Shown piece by piece: positions 1-9,910 of a DNA stretch of 64,000 bases. Source of the DNA: Gemmatimonadaceae bacterium (GTDB lineage Bacteria; Gemmatimonadota; Gemmatimonadetes; Gemmatimonadales; Gemmatimonadaceae); NCBI GenBank assembly GCA_036374155.1, contig DASUUI010000020.1, forward strand, positions 109 to 64,108, written 5' to 3'. Numbering within the stretch: position 1 is the first letter of the stretch; each line of letters starts with the position of its first letter. Below the pieces are notes generated by a model. The model worked only from the letters and a program-made list of their open reading frames with translations, had not been told where the DNA came from and did no database searches. A program made the position numbers and the translations under genes.

Positions 1-960
1 CTGGGTCACGGGCTGGCCGCGATCCTTGGCAGCCGCCGCGGCGTGGAGCAGCGCCCGCGACGCCGCCACCCGCATTGCCATGTCCGCGAGCTTGAACTGG
101 ATGGCCTGAAACTCCTTGATCGGCTTTCCGAACTGACGGCGCTCGGCCGCGTACCGCGTCGCATGCTCCAGCGCGGATCGCGCAATCCCGATCGACTGCG
201 CTGCGATGCCGAGCCGCCCGCTGTCCAGCGACTGCATGGCATAGATGAATCCCTGCGCCGGCTCGCCGAGCACGTTCTCTGCGGGAATCCGCACGCCGTC
301 GAGCGCGAGCTGTACGGTCGGCGAGGAGCGTAGCCCGAGCTTGTCCTCCTTCTTGCTCACAGACAGCCCGGCAGCTCCCTGCTCGAGGAGAAATGCCCCA
401 ATGCCGCGCGGTCCGCGACGGCTCCCGGGCTCGTCGGTTCGAGCCATCACCACGATCAGGCCAGCGTGGTTTCCGCCGGTGACCCACGATTTTGTGCCGT
501 TGAGCACCCAGGAGTCCCCTTCTCGCACCGCCTGCGTCGTAAGGGACGCCGCGTCGGACCCCGCGTCCGGCTCGGACAGCGCAAAGACACCCAGCAACTC
601 GCCCCGAGCCATCGCAGGGAGATAACGCCGCCGCTGTTCCGGCGTGCCGTAGCGCAGCAGCATCTGTGTCGGCAGAGAGTTGTGCACGCTCATCATCACT
701 GCGACCGACGCATCCACCGCCGCGATCTCCTCCAGAGCAACGAGATACGTGGTCGTCTCGAGCCCCAGCCCGTCGTATTCCTCCGGAATCATCATCCCGA
801 GAAACCCGAGCTCGCCCAGCTTCCGCACGATGCCGAGGTCGAACTGCCCGGCACGCTCCCATTCCTCGCTGAACGGCGCGATCTCCGCAGCCGCGAACTC
901 CCGCGCTACGCGCTGGATCTCGCGCTGTTCTTCGGTGAGTGGATGGAGAGCCCAGGACAT
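1..960 (-). CDS. acyl-CoA dehydrogenase, N-terminal ~320 codons (gene continues past window start)
   Basis: Absent from the ORF track because it is open at the window edge. My minus-strand translation from ATG 960-958 gives MSWALHPLTEEQREIQRVAREFAAAEIAPFSEEWERAGQFD...LGVFALSEPDAGSDAASL...NGTKSWVTGG...GIAAQSIGIARSALEHA, the typical ACAD domain pattern. Confidence 0.85.
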   Translation of the reverse strand, partial: MSWALHPLTEEQREIQRVAREFAAAEIAPFSEEWERAGQFDLGIVRKLGELGFLGMMIPEEYDGLGLETTTYLVALEEIAAVDASVAVMMSVHNSLPTQMLLRYGTPEQRRRYLPAMARGELLGVFALSEPDAGSDAASLTTQAVREGDSWVLNGTKSWVTGGNHAGLIVVMARTDEPGSRRGPRGIGAFLLEQGAAGLSVSKKEDKLGLRSSPTVQLALDGVRIPAENVLGEPAQGFIYAMQSLDSGRLGIAAQSIGIARSALEHATRYAAERRQFGKPIKEFQAIQFKLADMAMRVAASRALLHAAAAAKDRGQPVTQ

Positions 961-965
961 AAAGG

Positions 966-1054
966 CAGCGGTTAGCGGTCAGCGGTTAGCGATTAGCGAC
1001 AGCACGACTGCACTGCCGCAGTCGCTTTCCGCTAACCGCTGACCCGCTAATCGC
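966..1054. repeat. heptamer-built palindromic intergenic element, copy A (imperfect)
   Basis: Left arm CAGCGGTTAGCGGTCAGCGGTTAGCGATTAGCGAC (966-1000) and right arm GTCGCTTTCCGCTAACCGCTGACCCGCTAATCGC (1021-1054) are near reverse complements. The motifs match the copies at 46913, 47704 and 50526/51039. Confidence 0.8.
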
Positions 1055-1907
1055 CGTAGTTATGGAATCCTCGTTTGGTCTTCCTGCCCAGCCAGCCCGC
1101 GGCAACGTACTTCCTGAGAAGCGGACACGGCCTGTACTTCGGATCGCCCAGCTCCTTGTGCAGCACCTCGAGTATCGCCAGGCAGGTATCGAGGCCGATG
1201 AGGTCCGCGAGCGCGAGCGGACCCATCGGGTGGTTCATGCCCAGCGTCATCACCTGGTCTATGGCCTCTGCCGTGCCGACTCCCTCCATGAGGCAGTACA
1301 CGGCCTCGTTGATCATCGGCAGCAGGATCCGGTTGGAGATGAACCCCGGATAGTCGTTCGCCTCCACCGGCGTCTTTCCGAGCTTCCTGCTCAGCTCGAC
1401 GACGGTGTTCGTCGTCTCATCCGAGGTCGCAAGCCCGCGGATGATCTCGACGAGCTTCATGACAGGAACGGGATTCATGAAGTGCATTCCGACGACCTTC
1501 TCCGGACGACCGGTGTGGCGCGCGATCTCCGTTATCGATATCGAGCTGGTGTTGGACGCCAGAATCGCGTCAGGCGGCGCCAGACGGTCGAGCTGGGTGA
1601 AGAGGTCGTACTTGAGCGCGGGATTCTCGCTCGCCGCCTCTACAACCAGCGACGCATCAGCCGCAGCCGCAGAATCGGTGCTCACGCTCACGCGCCCCAG
1701 TATCTCCTCCGGTGCGCCCGCCGGGAGTGCACCCTTCTTCACCTGGCGCTCGAGGTTCTTCGTGATGGTGGCGCGCCCGCGCTCAAGCGCGTCGGCCGAC
1801 ACGTCCACCATGGTCACCGGAAAACCCGACTGCGCGAAGACGTGGGCGATGCCGTTCCCCATCTGCCCTGCCCCGATAACGACTATGCGTTCCGCCATTC
1901 CATGCAC
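1047..1907 (-). CDS. hbd: 3-hydroxybutyryl-CoA / 3-hydroxyacyl-CoA dehydrogenase
   Basis: 286-aa ORF with an N-terminal Rossmann motif [12 protein letters not shown] and a typical HBD C-terminal domain. It is flanked by thiolase and ACAD genes. The start may be the 4th codon (MAERIVV). Confidence 0.9.
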   Translation of the reverse strand: MHGMAERIVVIGAGQMGNGIAHVFAQSGFPVTMVDVSADALERGRATITKNLERQVKKGALPAGAPEEILGRVSVSTDSAAAADASLVVEAASENPALKYDLFTQLDRLAPPDAILASNTSSISITEIARHTGRPEKVVGMHFMNPVPVMKLVEIIRGLATSDETTNTVVELSRKLGKTPVEANDYPGFISNRILLPMINEAVYCLMEGVGTAEAIDQVMTLGMNHPMGPLALADLIGLDTCLAILEVLHKELGDPKYRPCPLLRKYVAAGWLGRKTKRGFHNYGD

Positions 1908-1912
1908 TCTCG

Positions 1913-2869
1913 TCAGTCTGTGCGTTGTGACAGCGATTCAGTCAGCGCCCGGCTTCGTCCGCCGAGAAGCGGGCGAAGCAGCACGACGCTGGCGAGGAGC
2001 AGTCCCGCGGCAGCTGCAGCACCGCCCTCGGGCCCCCATCGTCCTCCGGTGAGCCAGTCCGGGCCGGTGTCCACGAGCTGGTAGTCCGGGGTGCCGGCGA
2101 ATGCGATTCCGCTAACGTCCGCATGCAGTACCGCAGCGAGCACCAGGTTCCAGGCCGCATGCGCAGCCCACGCTGCATACAAGCTAGCGGTGCGCACGAG
2201 AATCAGTCCGAGGAAGACGCCCGCCAGCACCACAGTGAGTATCGCCTGCGGGTTCGACCCGGGGTTCGGCAGGTGCAGCAGACCGAAACCGACGCTGGTG
2301 ACGGCTATCGCCCACCGCCAGCCAACCGATTCGCGCAGCAGCGAGAACAGGTAGCCTCGGGCGAGCAGTTCCTCGCCGAGTGCCGCAGGGATCAGCACCC
2401 AGCCGAGATACGCGGCCGTGGCGAGCGAGCTGCCCTCGATCGCAGGGGCGAATGCGAACATGCCCGCGCCCAGCAGCAGCAGAGAAGGCACGGCGATGGC
2501 GGCCGACCCTGCACCAGCGGCAAGGCCCCACCGCCGTGGCTCGGCCGCTCGCCCATCCATCAGCACGTATCGCCACTCGCCGCCCTCGAACTTCGCGATC
2601 ACGAACGCATGCGCGGCCAGCAGCCCGGCGGGAACGGCAACAGGGTGCACGATCAGTCTGAAGCCGAGAGCGGCAGCCGTCGCCTGTACCATCTGCGCCG
2701 CGACGGCGGCCAGAAGAATCCCGGCTGCAGCCGCGACCAGAAAGACAAGGAAGCGCCAGATCGCCCTGACCCGGGTGTCGTCTCCCCTGAGCCAGTTTGC
2801 GACAGCGCCTCCCCCGCTCAGCCGGGGCGCTCCACGCTCAGCGCGACGGCATTTCCGCCACCAAGGCAC
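1913..2869 (-). CDS. CPBP family intramembrane metalloprotease (CAAX protease-like)
   Basis: CPBP motifs are present: [18 protein letters not shown]. The tracked ORF start (3007) would overlap the thiolase by 190 nt. Plausible starts are GTG 2869 (keeps the first TM helix, 52-nt overlap) or ATG 2692. The start is unresolved. Confidence 0.65.
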   Translation of the reverse strand: MPWWRKCRRAERGAPRLSGGGAVANWLRGDDTRVRAIWRFLVFLVAAAAGILLAAVAAQMVQATAAALGFRLIVHPVAVPAGLLAAHAFVIAKFEGGEWRYVLMDGRAAEPRRWGLAAGAGSAAIAVPSLLLLGAGMFAFAPAIEGSSLATAAYLGWVLIPAALGEELLARGYLFSLLRESVGWRWAIAVTSVGFGLLHLPNPGSNPQAILTVVLAGVFLGLILVRTASLYAAWAAHAAWNLVLAAVLHADVSGIAFAGTPDYQLVDTGPDWLTGGRWGPEGGAAAAAGLLLASVVLLRPLLGGRSRALTESLSQRTD

Positions 2870-4017
2870 AACGTGGCGAGACCCGTCCGCGCGCCCCTGT
2901 CCTTCATGGCGTGAAGCAGGGTCGTGAGCACGCGCGCGCCACTCGCTCCGATCGGATGTCCGAGCGCGATCGCTCCACCGTGCACGTTCACCCTGTCCCA
3001 GTCCCACTCCAGCCCCGCGCCGTCGGCGAGCGCCTGGACGGCAAACGCCTCGTTCGCCTCTATGAGGTCGTAATCGGAGATCTTCGTCCGCGACTTCTCC
3101 ATCAGCCGGCGCACGGCGACGATCGGGGCGAAGAACAGATCCTCCGGGTTCCCGCCCCCGGTCGCGTAGTCGGTGATCCGCGCCATCGGCTCGATCCCCT
3201 TCTCGCGGGCGAACGCCTCGGAGGTCACCACCAGCGCCGACGCCCCGTCGTTCAGGCTCGACGCGTTCCCGGCCGTGACTGTGAGCTCGCCTTCACCGCT
3301 GAACGCCGGTCGCAGCTTCGCGAGGCTTTCGGCAGTGGTGTCCTTACGGGGGCCTTCGTCCGCATCCACCGTCGTGGGCCCTTTCCGGCCGGGAACCTGA
3401 ACGGCAACGATCTCATCCCTGAACTTCCCTGCCTCCGCGGCCGCCACCGCTTTGCGATGAGAGGAAACGGAGAACTCATCCTGCTCCTCACGGCTGACGG
3501 CGGCCTTTCTGGCGGTGTACTCGGCGTGAGTCCCCATGTGCACGTCACAGAACGAGCACCACAGCCCGTCCTTGACGACGCCGTCCACCAGCTTCTGGTC
3601 GCCGAGCTTTATGCCGGTCCGCAATCCATAGAGGTAGTGCGGAGCGTTGGACATCGACTCCTGACCGCCAGCCACTACGACCTCGTTATCCCCGGCCCGG
3701 ATCGACTGAGCCGCGAGCATCACCGCCTTGAGCCCGGAGCCGCAGACCTTGTTGATGGTCACCGCCGAGACCGTGCCCGGGAGCCCCGCCTTGAGCGCCG
3801 CCTGGCGCGCGGGCGCCTGGCCGGCGCCGCCCTGGACGACCTGCCCCATGATCACTTCGTCCACTTCGCTGACGTCGAGCGATGCGCGCCGCAGCGCTTC
3901 ACGGATCACGATCGCGCCAAGCTCAGGCGCCGAGAGAGGACTCAATCCGCCCAGAAACCGCCCGATGGGCGTGCGCGTGGCGGAGAGTATTACCGGGGTG
4001 CGAGTGGGATCTGACAT
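2818..4017 (-). CDS. acetyl-CoA C-acetyltransferase (thiolase II)
   Basis: 399 aa with the active-site context [11 protein letters not shown] and C-terminal [19 protein letters not shown] and [10 protein letters not shown]. Confidence 0.93.
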   Translation of the reverse strand: MSDPTRTPVILSATRTPIGRFLGGLSPLSAPELGAIVIREALRRASLDVSEVDEVIMGQVVQGGAGQAPARQAALKAGLPGTVSAVTINKVCGSGLKAVMLAAQSIRAGDNEVVVAGGQESMSNAPHYLYGLRTGIKLGDQKLVDGVVKDGLWCSFCDVHMGTHAEYTARKAAVSREEQDEFSVSSHRKAVAAAEAGKFRDEIVAVQVPGRKGPTTVDADEGPRKDTTAESLAKLRPAFSGEGELTVTAGNASSLNDGASALVVTSEAFAREKGIEPMARITDYATGGGNPEDLFFAPIVAVRRLMEKSRTKISDYDLIEANEAFAVQALADGAGLEWDWDRVNVHGGAIALGHPIGASGARVLTTLLHAMKDRGARTGLATLCLGGGNAVALSVERPG

Positions 4018-4077
4018 GGCGGTTGGTATTTGGCCTTCCTGAAGTTAATCGGACGGCCCGGCCCGCCCCCCCCGCGG

Positions 4078-6033
4078 CTATTCCGAGAGCGGCTCGGCTG
4101 CCGGAGCCGCGGGGACGAGGGCGCGGGTGTCGATCGCCTGGCGCAGCCGCGCCACGAATTCCGCGACGGGAAGGATCTCCTGCTTCCGCCCGGCGCCGCG
4201 CTCCCGAACGGCAAGGGTGCCTGCATCGGCTTCGCGCTTTCCGATCACCGCCGTGTACGGGACCTTGAGCAGCTCGGCCTCCCGGATCCGGTAGTTCAGC
4301 GTTTCGGCGCGGTCGTCGAGGTGAGCCCGAATTCCCGCGCGGACAAGCTCCTCGTGAACTGCGCGGGCAGCGTCCGACAGCTCGCTGGTGATGGGAACCA
4401 CACGCACCTGCTCCGGTGCGAGCCACAACGGGAATGCGCCGGCGTAGTGCTCGATCAATCCCCCGACGAAACGCTCCATGGACCCGACCAGGACGCGGTG
4501 CAGCATCACGGGCCTGTGCGGCTTGTTGTCCGGGCCAGTGTACTCCAGCTCGAAGCGATCCGGGAGGTTGAAGTCGAGCTGGACTGTGGGCCCCTGCCAC
4601 TTGCGTCCGATCGCATCGATCAGCTTGAAGTCGAGCTTCGGTCCGTAGAACGCCCCGCCGCCTTCGTCCACCTCGTACTCCTGCCCGCGTTCGCGGAGCA
4701 CGTCCGCGAGTGTCTGCTGCGCGCGCTTCCAGACGTCGGGCTCGCCCAGCGCCTTTTCCGGGCGGGTGGCGAGCTCGATCGTGTACGGATAGCCGAAGGC
4801 GCGCAGCATCTCGTCCACCAGATCCAGCAGGCGGGCGACTTCTGCCGGAACCTGCTCCTGCGTGCAGAACACGTGCGCGTCGTCCTGCGTGAAGCCGCGC
4901 ACACGCAGCATTCCGTGCAGAACACCGCTGCGCTCATACCGGTAAACCGTTCCGAACTCGGCATACCTGATGGGCAGGTCGCGGTACGAACGCTGATGCG
5001 CCTGGTAGATGCAGATGTGCCCCGGACAGTTCATCGGCTTGGGGCGGTACATCGAGCCCTCGACGTCCATCGCTCCGAACATGTTCTCGCGGAAGTTCTC
5101 GAGATGCCCGGAGATCTCGAAAAGACGCTCGCTGACCACATGAGGCGTAAAGACGAGGTCGTACCCGTGCCGCAGGATCAGCTCCCGCTCGAAGTTCTCG
5201 ATCTCCTGACGGATCACGGCGCCCCGGGGGTGCCAGAGAATCAGCCCGGGGCCCACGCGCTGGTCCACCGAGTAGAGATCCAGCTGCTGCGCAAGCGCGC
5301 GGTGATCGCGCCGCTTCGCCTCTTCGAGCCGGTGCAGGTAAGCGTCGAGGTCTTCCTTCCTCCACCACGCGGTGGCGTAGATCCGCTGCAGCATCTGCCG
5401 CCGCTCGTCTCCACGCCAGTAGGCTCCCGCAGTGTGCAGCAGCTTGAAGTGCTTCAGCTGAGACGTATCCGGCAGGTGCGGGCCGCGGCACAGGTCGGTG
5501 AACGGCCCGTCGGTGTAGGTGGAGATGATCTCGTCGTCGCTCAGCTCGGAGAGCCTTTCCAGCTTCAGCGGATCGTCGGCAAAACGGCGCTGCGCATCCG
5601 CGCGACTCAGCTCCTCGCGGACGAACGGATACTTCTCCCCCACCACCCTGCGCATCTCGGCCTCGAATGCCGCGAGGTCCTCCGGAGTGAACGGCTCGTC
5701 AACCTCGAAGTCGTAGTAGAAGCCGTCCTCGATTGCGGGACCGAATCCGATCTTCGCATCCGGACGCAGCCGGCGCACTGCAGTTGCAAGAACGTGCGCA
5801 CCCGAATGCCGGAGAACGTCCAGCGCTTCGGGATCACGCTGCGTGATGACGCGGAACTCTCCGCTCTGGCGAAGCGGCGTCACCAGGTCCACGATCGTGC
5901 CATCCACGCGCACGGCGATGGCATCGCGCAACAGGCGCGGTCCGATGGATGCGACGACGTCGCGCGGCAGCGTACCTGCTGGAACGCTGCGCTGCGCGCC
6001 GTCTGGAAGAGTCAGCGTAAGTGTGTCGCTCAT
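4078..6033 (-). CDS. thrS: threonine--tRNA ligase
   Basis: TGS-like N-terminus MSDTLTLTLPDGAQR, editing-domain HSGAHVL, and class II motifs around MNCPGH. The start is set at ATG 6033, not the tracked 6090, by comparison with the usual ThrRS N-terminus. Confidence 0.95.
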   Translation of the reverse strand: MSDTLTLTLPDGAQRSVPAGTLPRDVVASIGPRLLRDAIAVRVDGTIVDLVTPLRQSGEFRVITQRDPEALDVLRHSGAHVLATAVRRLRPDAKIGFGPAIEDGFYYDFEVDEPFTPEDLAAFEAEMRRVVGEKYPFVREELSRADAQRRFADDPLKLERLSELSDDEIISTYTDGPFTDLCRGPHLPDTSQLKHFKLLHTAGAYWRGDERRQMLQRIYATAWWRKEDLDAYLHRLEEAKRRDHRALAQQLDLYSVDQRVGPGLILWHPRGAVIRQEIENFERELILRHGYDLVFTPHVVSERLFEISGHLENFRENMFGAMDVEGSMYRPKPMNCPGHICIYQAHQRSYRDLPIRYAEFGTVYRYERSGVLHGMLRVRGFTQDDAHVFCTQEQVPAEVARLLDLVDEMLRAFGYPYTIELATRPEKALGEPDVWKRAQQTLADVLRERGQEYEVDEGGGAFYGPKLDFKLIDAIGRKWQGPTVQLDFNLPDRFELEYTGPDNKPHRPVMLHRVLVGSMERFVGGLIEHYAGAFPLWLAPEQVRVVPITSELSDAARAVHEELVRAGIRAHLDDRAETLNYRIREAELLKVPYTAVIGKREADAGTLAVRERGAGRKQEILPVAEFVARLRQAIDTRALVPAAPAAEPLSE

Positions 6034-6043
6034 ATAAACACAA

Positions 6044-6061
6044 AAGGCCACGAATGGCCTT
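6044..6061 (-). promoter_or_regulatory. stable hairpin (AAGGCCA-UUCG-UGGCCUU) plus U-rich tail in the thrS 5' leader
   Basis: A 7-bp stem with a UUCG loop is followed by UUGUGUUUAU and then the thrS ATG (read on the minus strand). Confidence 0.5.
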
Positions 6062-6149
6062 GTTCTTGCCTTTTCGCCCGTGCCGCGCACCGCGCCGCGA
6101 CGCTGCGTAAATTATTCACAGCCAACACCTTCTGCCACGGGTTCGCCTT

Positions 6150-6977
6150 ATGAGACCTTTCCGCTATCGCGACGAGGAGCCACTCTCGCAGACCCTCGCC
6201 TACGTCATCGGTGGTGCACTCGCCGGGTTTGCGGCCGGAGTCCTGGTCGCACACCGAATGGGCGGCGTGACAGGCATCGCGAACCGGCTCCGCGAGCGGT
6301 TCGGCAGTGCCACCGAAACGCTCGAGGACGAGGCAGGCTACGAGACCGACGAATTCGACGCCGAGTTCGACGAGATCGGCATCGGCGCGGAAGACGCGGG
6401 TGAGCACGCCGAAGAGCTGGAGCAGCGCGTGCTGCACGCGTATGAGAACGACCCGATTCTGGCTGAGCGTCCGGTGGACATCGGCGCGATCAGCGATGGG
6501 ATCGTCGAGCTGACCGGGTGGGTGAACAGCGAAGACGAAGCGACCCACGCAGTGACACTTGCCCGTGGAGTGCCCGGCGTTGACACCGTAGTGAATCGCC
6601 TTGCAGTCCGCCCCCGCGAGAATCAGCTCGACGAATTCGCAGAGCGCTACGCAAACGGCGATCCTGCCTTGACTGAATCCCACTGGGAAGGCCAGAGCGT
6701 GGGGACCGGCCGCCGTCGCCAGGGAAACTCCAGCGAGCCAGACCGCCACGCCGACCCGCGCCCCGAACTCGCTGAAAGGTGGATGAGAGAAGACGCGGCA
6801 ATCGCTGAGGCGGCCGACGACATCGGAGAGAACGGCCGGCGCGAGCCGCGCGAGACGAAGCCCAGGCGCGGTGGGCGCACCGACGGATCGCCGGTAGCAC
6901 CCACGGGCGTACCGAAAGCCGATCACGTGGCCGAGCCTCCGGTCACTCCGCCCGTAAACCCGAAGCGCGCGGACTGA
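6150..6977 (+). CDS. BON domain-containing protein with N-terminal TM segment and acidic linker
   Basis: 275 aa. The BON-like segment reads VDIGAISDGIVELTGWVNSEDEATHAVTLARGVPGVDTVVNRLAV. The N-terminal hydrophobic helix is LAYVIGGALAGFAAGVLVA. Confidence 0.7.
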   Translation: MRPFRYRDEEPLSQTLAYVIGGALAGFAAGVLVAHRMGGVTGIANRLRERFGSATETLEDEAGYETDEFDAEFDEIGIGAEDAGEHAEELEQRVLHAYENDPILAERPVDIGAISDGIVELTGWVNSEDEATHAVTLARGVPGVDTVVNRLAVRPRENQLDEFAERYANGDPALTESHWEGQSVGTGRRRQGNSSEPDRHADPRPELAERWMREDAAIAEAADDIGENGRREPRETKPRRGGRTDGSPVAPTGVPKADHVAEPPVTPPVNPKRAD

Positions 6978-7063
6978 CAGCAGGCTGTACGAGCCGGGTG
7001 CGCGCGCTCGACGCGCGCGCTCGGCTACCGCCCTGAACCGCGCGTCCGTTAGCTTCCGCGACT

Positions 7064-9910
7064 ATGGCGCGCGCGACCACCCAGCAGCCGGCCGAACACG
7101 CCGACCCCCCCGAAGCAGCCGGTGAACAGGCTGCATCCACAAGGGGGCAGCTGCCGCCGCATTACGATTTCAGCGCCCTGGACCCGGAGCTGTACGAAAG
7201 CTGGGAGAAGGCAGGGGTCTTCGCCGCGAGTACGTCCCAATCCGCTCGCACGGGCGGCGCGCGAGCCCCCTTCGTGGTGCTGATGCCGCCGCCGAACGTG
7301 ACGGCGGTGCTGCACATGGGTCACGGCCTCAACAACACCGTCCCGGACGTCGTCGTCCGCTGGCGTCGCATGGCAGGCGACGAGGCATTGTGGCTGCCGG
7401 GCACCGACCACGCCGGCATCGCCACGCAGAACGTTCTGGAGCGGCAACTCGCCAGCGAAGGACTGACCCGGTTCGACATAGGGCGCGATGCATTCGTTGC
7501 CCGGACCCGAGCGTTCGTGGAGGAGACCGGCGGCACCATCCTCCAGCAGCTGCGCACGATCGGCGCCTCGGCGGACTGGACGCGAACGGCGTATACGCTG
7601 TCACCCGAGCTGTCGCGCGCCGTGCGCGAGGCCTTCGTCCGGCTGCACGAGCGCGGCCTGATTTACCGCGGACACCGGGTGATTCACTGGTGCACGCGCT
7701 GCCTCACCGCGCTCAGCGACGAGGAAGCGGAGCACGCCGAGCACGACGGCCGGCTGTACCACATCCGTTATCCCCTCACCGAGCCGGCTGGCGGCCTGGA
7801 GGCGATCACCGTGGCGACGACGCGCCCCGAGACGATGCTCGGGGACGTGGCCGTCGCCGTCCACCCGGACGATCCGCGCTACGCGGCGATCGTCGGCAGG
7901 ACCGTGACGCTTCCGATCGCCGGCATCACGATTCCGGTGATCGCTGATCCCGCGGTGGAGCAGGAATTCGGGACCGGTGCGGTGAAGATCACGCCGGCGC
8001 ACGATCCGAACGATTTCGAGCTTGGTCTGCGGCACGAGCTCCCCATGCCCATCGTCATCTCCCCCGAGGGTGAGATGGGAGAGATCACCGACTCCGCCGG
8101 CCGTGTCCCCGAGTCGCTCCGCGGCCTCGACCGGTTCGAGGCGCGCGACCGGATCGTGGCGGAACTGAAGGCTGCCGGACTGCTTGAGAAGGTCGAGCCT
8201 CATCGTCACTCGGTGAGGCACTGCTACCGATGCGATACGGTGGTCGAGCCGCGGCTGTCCGATCAGTGGTTCGTGCGCATGAAGCCGCTGGCCGAGCCGG
8301 CGCTTGCCGCAGTGACGCGCGGTACGATCCGGATTCTCCCCGAGAGATGGGAGGCCGTGTACGTCAACTGGATGGAGAACATCCGGGACTGGAACATCTC
8401 CCGACAGTTGTGGTGGGGACACCGGATTCCCGTCTGGTACTGCGACGACTGCGACCCGCCGCAGAACGTCATCGTCAGTCGTGAGGACGTGAGCGAGTGT
8501 CCGCACTGCGGCGGCACGGTGCGCCAGGATGAGGACGTGCTCGACACGTGGTTTTCCTCCTGGCTGTGGCCGCTGTCCACGCTCGGCTGGCCCGAGGAGG
8601 ACAGCGACGACCTGCGCGCGTTCTATCCCACCGACGTCATGATCTCGGCGCCCGAGATCCTGTTCTTCTGGATCGCGCGGATGGTCATGGCCGGTTACGA
8701 GTTCCGCGGCGAGGCGCCGTTCCACACGATCTACCTGCACGGCACCGTCCGCGACACGCAGCATCGCAAGATGTCCAAGTCCCTGGGCAACGGGATCGAT
8801 CCGCTGGACGTGGTGCGGCTGTACGGCGCCGACGCCCTCAGGTGGACGATGATCAGCGGCCTGGGAATGGGCGCTGACGTGATGCTCGACCCCAATGACC
8901 TGGAGCGATCGTTCGCTCCCGGACGGAACTTCGTCACCAAGCTGTGGAACATCGGCCGCTACCTGCTCGCGAACGTGGGCACCGGCAGCGTCGAGCCGCT
9001 GGCCGCGGTCGAGGATTCGCGACTCCAGTCCGCCGACCACTGGATCCTCGCGCGGCTCGATGCTGCGATCGCGGCATGCAACGAAGCCCTCGGGCCGGCA
9101 CGTCCTCCGGGGTGGGATCGTTCCGCATCCGGCACGACGTGGCCGCCCGCCGAGCAGGCTGCCGGCATGCGCCTCAACGAGTACGCGGAGAGCGCCCGCG
9201 CTTTCGTCTGGAACGAAATGGCCGACTGGTATCTCGAAAGCGTGAAGCACAGGCTGGCAACGGGCGATGCGGACGCGGCCGTCGTGCGCGCCGTCCTGGT
9301 GCACGTGTTCGACGCGGCGCTCCGCCTGCTCCACCCGATAGTCCCGTTCATCACGGAGACGCTCTGGCGACAGCTCCCGGCGCGCGAAGTTGCGGGCACC
9401 TTCCTCGCGCAGTCGAGCTGGCCGCAACCGACGGCACGCGGGAGCGCCGGGGAGTTCGAGCGAATTCGCGAAGCAGTTACCGCTCTGAGGCAGATCCGCG
9501 CCGACTACAACATTCCTCCCGGGCAGATGATCAAGGCACGCATTGCATCCGGCAACCCGGAGGCATTCAGGTCAGGGCTGCCGATAGTCGAGCGCCTGGC
9601 GCGAACAGAGATGACTCTCGGGTCGGCCGACGGCGAAGCAGCGGCGGCGCACGCCGTGCTTACGGACGGAAGCGAAGTCGTCGTCCCTCTGGCGGGGCTG
9701 GTGGATCTCGACCGCGAGTGCACGCGATTGCGGAGCGAGCTGTCGGAGCTCGAGCGGCACCTGCTCTCGCTGGAGCAGCGGCTGGCCAACGAGCGGTTCA
9801 CGTCGAAGGCGCCCGCCAGCGTGGTCGAGGCCGAGCGGCAGAAGCAGCAGGAGTGGTCGGCGCGCAGAAAGCTGCTCGCCCGCAAGGTGGAGGAATTGTG
9901 CGCCGGCTGA
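7064..9910 (+). CDS. valS: valine--tRNA ligase
   Basis: 948 aa with a HIGH-type motif LHMGHGLNNT, KMSKS (RKMSKSLGN) and a C-terminal coiled coil. Confidence 0.96.
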   Translation: MARATTQQPAEHADPPEAAGEQAASTRGQLPPHYDFSALDPELYESWEKAGVFAASTSQSARTGGARAPFVVLMPPPNVTAVLHMGHGLNNTVPDVVVRWRRMAGDEALWLPGTDHAGIATQNVLERQLASEGLTRFDIGRDAFVARTRAFVEETGGTILQQLRTIGASADWTRTAYTLSPELSRAVREAFVRLHERGLIYRGHRVIHWCTRCLTALSDEEAEHAEHDGRLYHIRYPLTEPAGGLEAITVATTRPETMLGDVAVAVHPDDPRYAAIVGRTVTLPIAGITIPVIADPAVEQEFGTGAVKITPAHDPNDFELGLRHELPMPIVISPEGEMGEITDSAGRVPESLRGLDRFEARDRIVAELKAAGLLEKVEPHRHSVRHCYRCDTVVEPRLSDQWFVRMKPLAEPALAAVTRGTIRILPERWEAVYVNWMENIRDWNISRQLWWGHRIPVWYCDDCDPPQNVIVSREDVSECPHCGGTVRQDEDVLDTWFSSWLWPLSTLGWPEEDSDDLRAFYPTDVMISAPEILFFWIARMVMAGYEFRGEAPFHTIYLHGTVRDTQHRKMSKSLGNGIDPLDVVRLYGADALRWTMISGLGMGADVMLDPNDLERSFAPGRNFVTKLWNIGRYLLANVGTGSVEPLAAVEDSRLQSADHWILARLDAAIAACNEALGPARPPGWDRSASGTTWPPAEQAAGMRLNEYAESARAFVWNEMADWYLESVKHRLATGDADAAVVRAVLVHVFDAALRLLHPIVPFITETLWRQLPAREVAGTFLAQSSWPQPTARGSAGEFERIREAVTALRQIRADYNIPPGQMIKARIASGNPEAFRSGLPIVERLARTEMTLGSADGEAAAAHAVLTDGSEVVVPLAGLVDLDRECTRLRSELSELERHLLSLEQRLANERFTSKAPASVVEAERQKQQEWSARRKLLARKVEELCAG

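Noticed and set aside
4030-6153. 707-aa plus-strand ORF. Similar long ORFs occur at 7601-9427, 14686-16131, 18418-19704, 20247-22163, 24620-26089, 48421-49794 and 58561-59985.
   Set aside because: All lie antisense to, or out of frame with, genes that have unmistakable conserved motifs (thrS, valS, purH/DUF2723, antiporter, sdhA, gltX, hppA, OMP). Their translations are Arg/Gly/Pro/Ala-rich low-complexity sequence, typical of stop-poor frames in GC-rich DNA.
6034-6400. T-box riboswitch upstream of thrS.
   Set aside because: I could not find the T-box sequence (GGTGGTACCGCG-like) or a specifier-loop/AGAGA architecture on the minus strand. The leader available before the divergent BON gene is only about 116 nt.
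6978-7063. GC hairpin GCGCGCG-CTCGA-CGCGCGC between the BON gene and valS, considered as a terminator or valS leader element.
   Set aside because: It has no U-tract and no recognisable T-box features. Such short GC palindromes are expected by chance in this composition.
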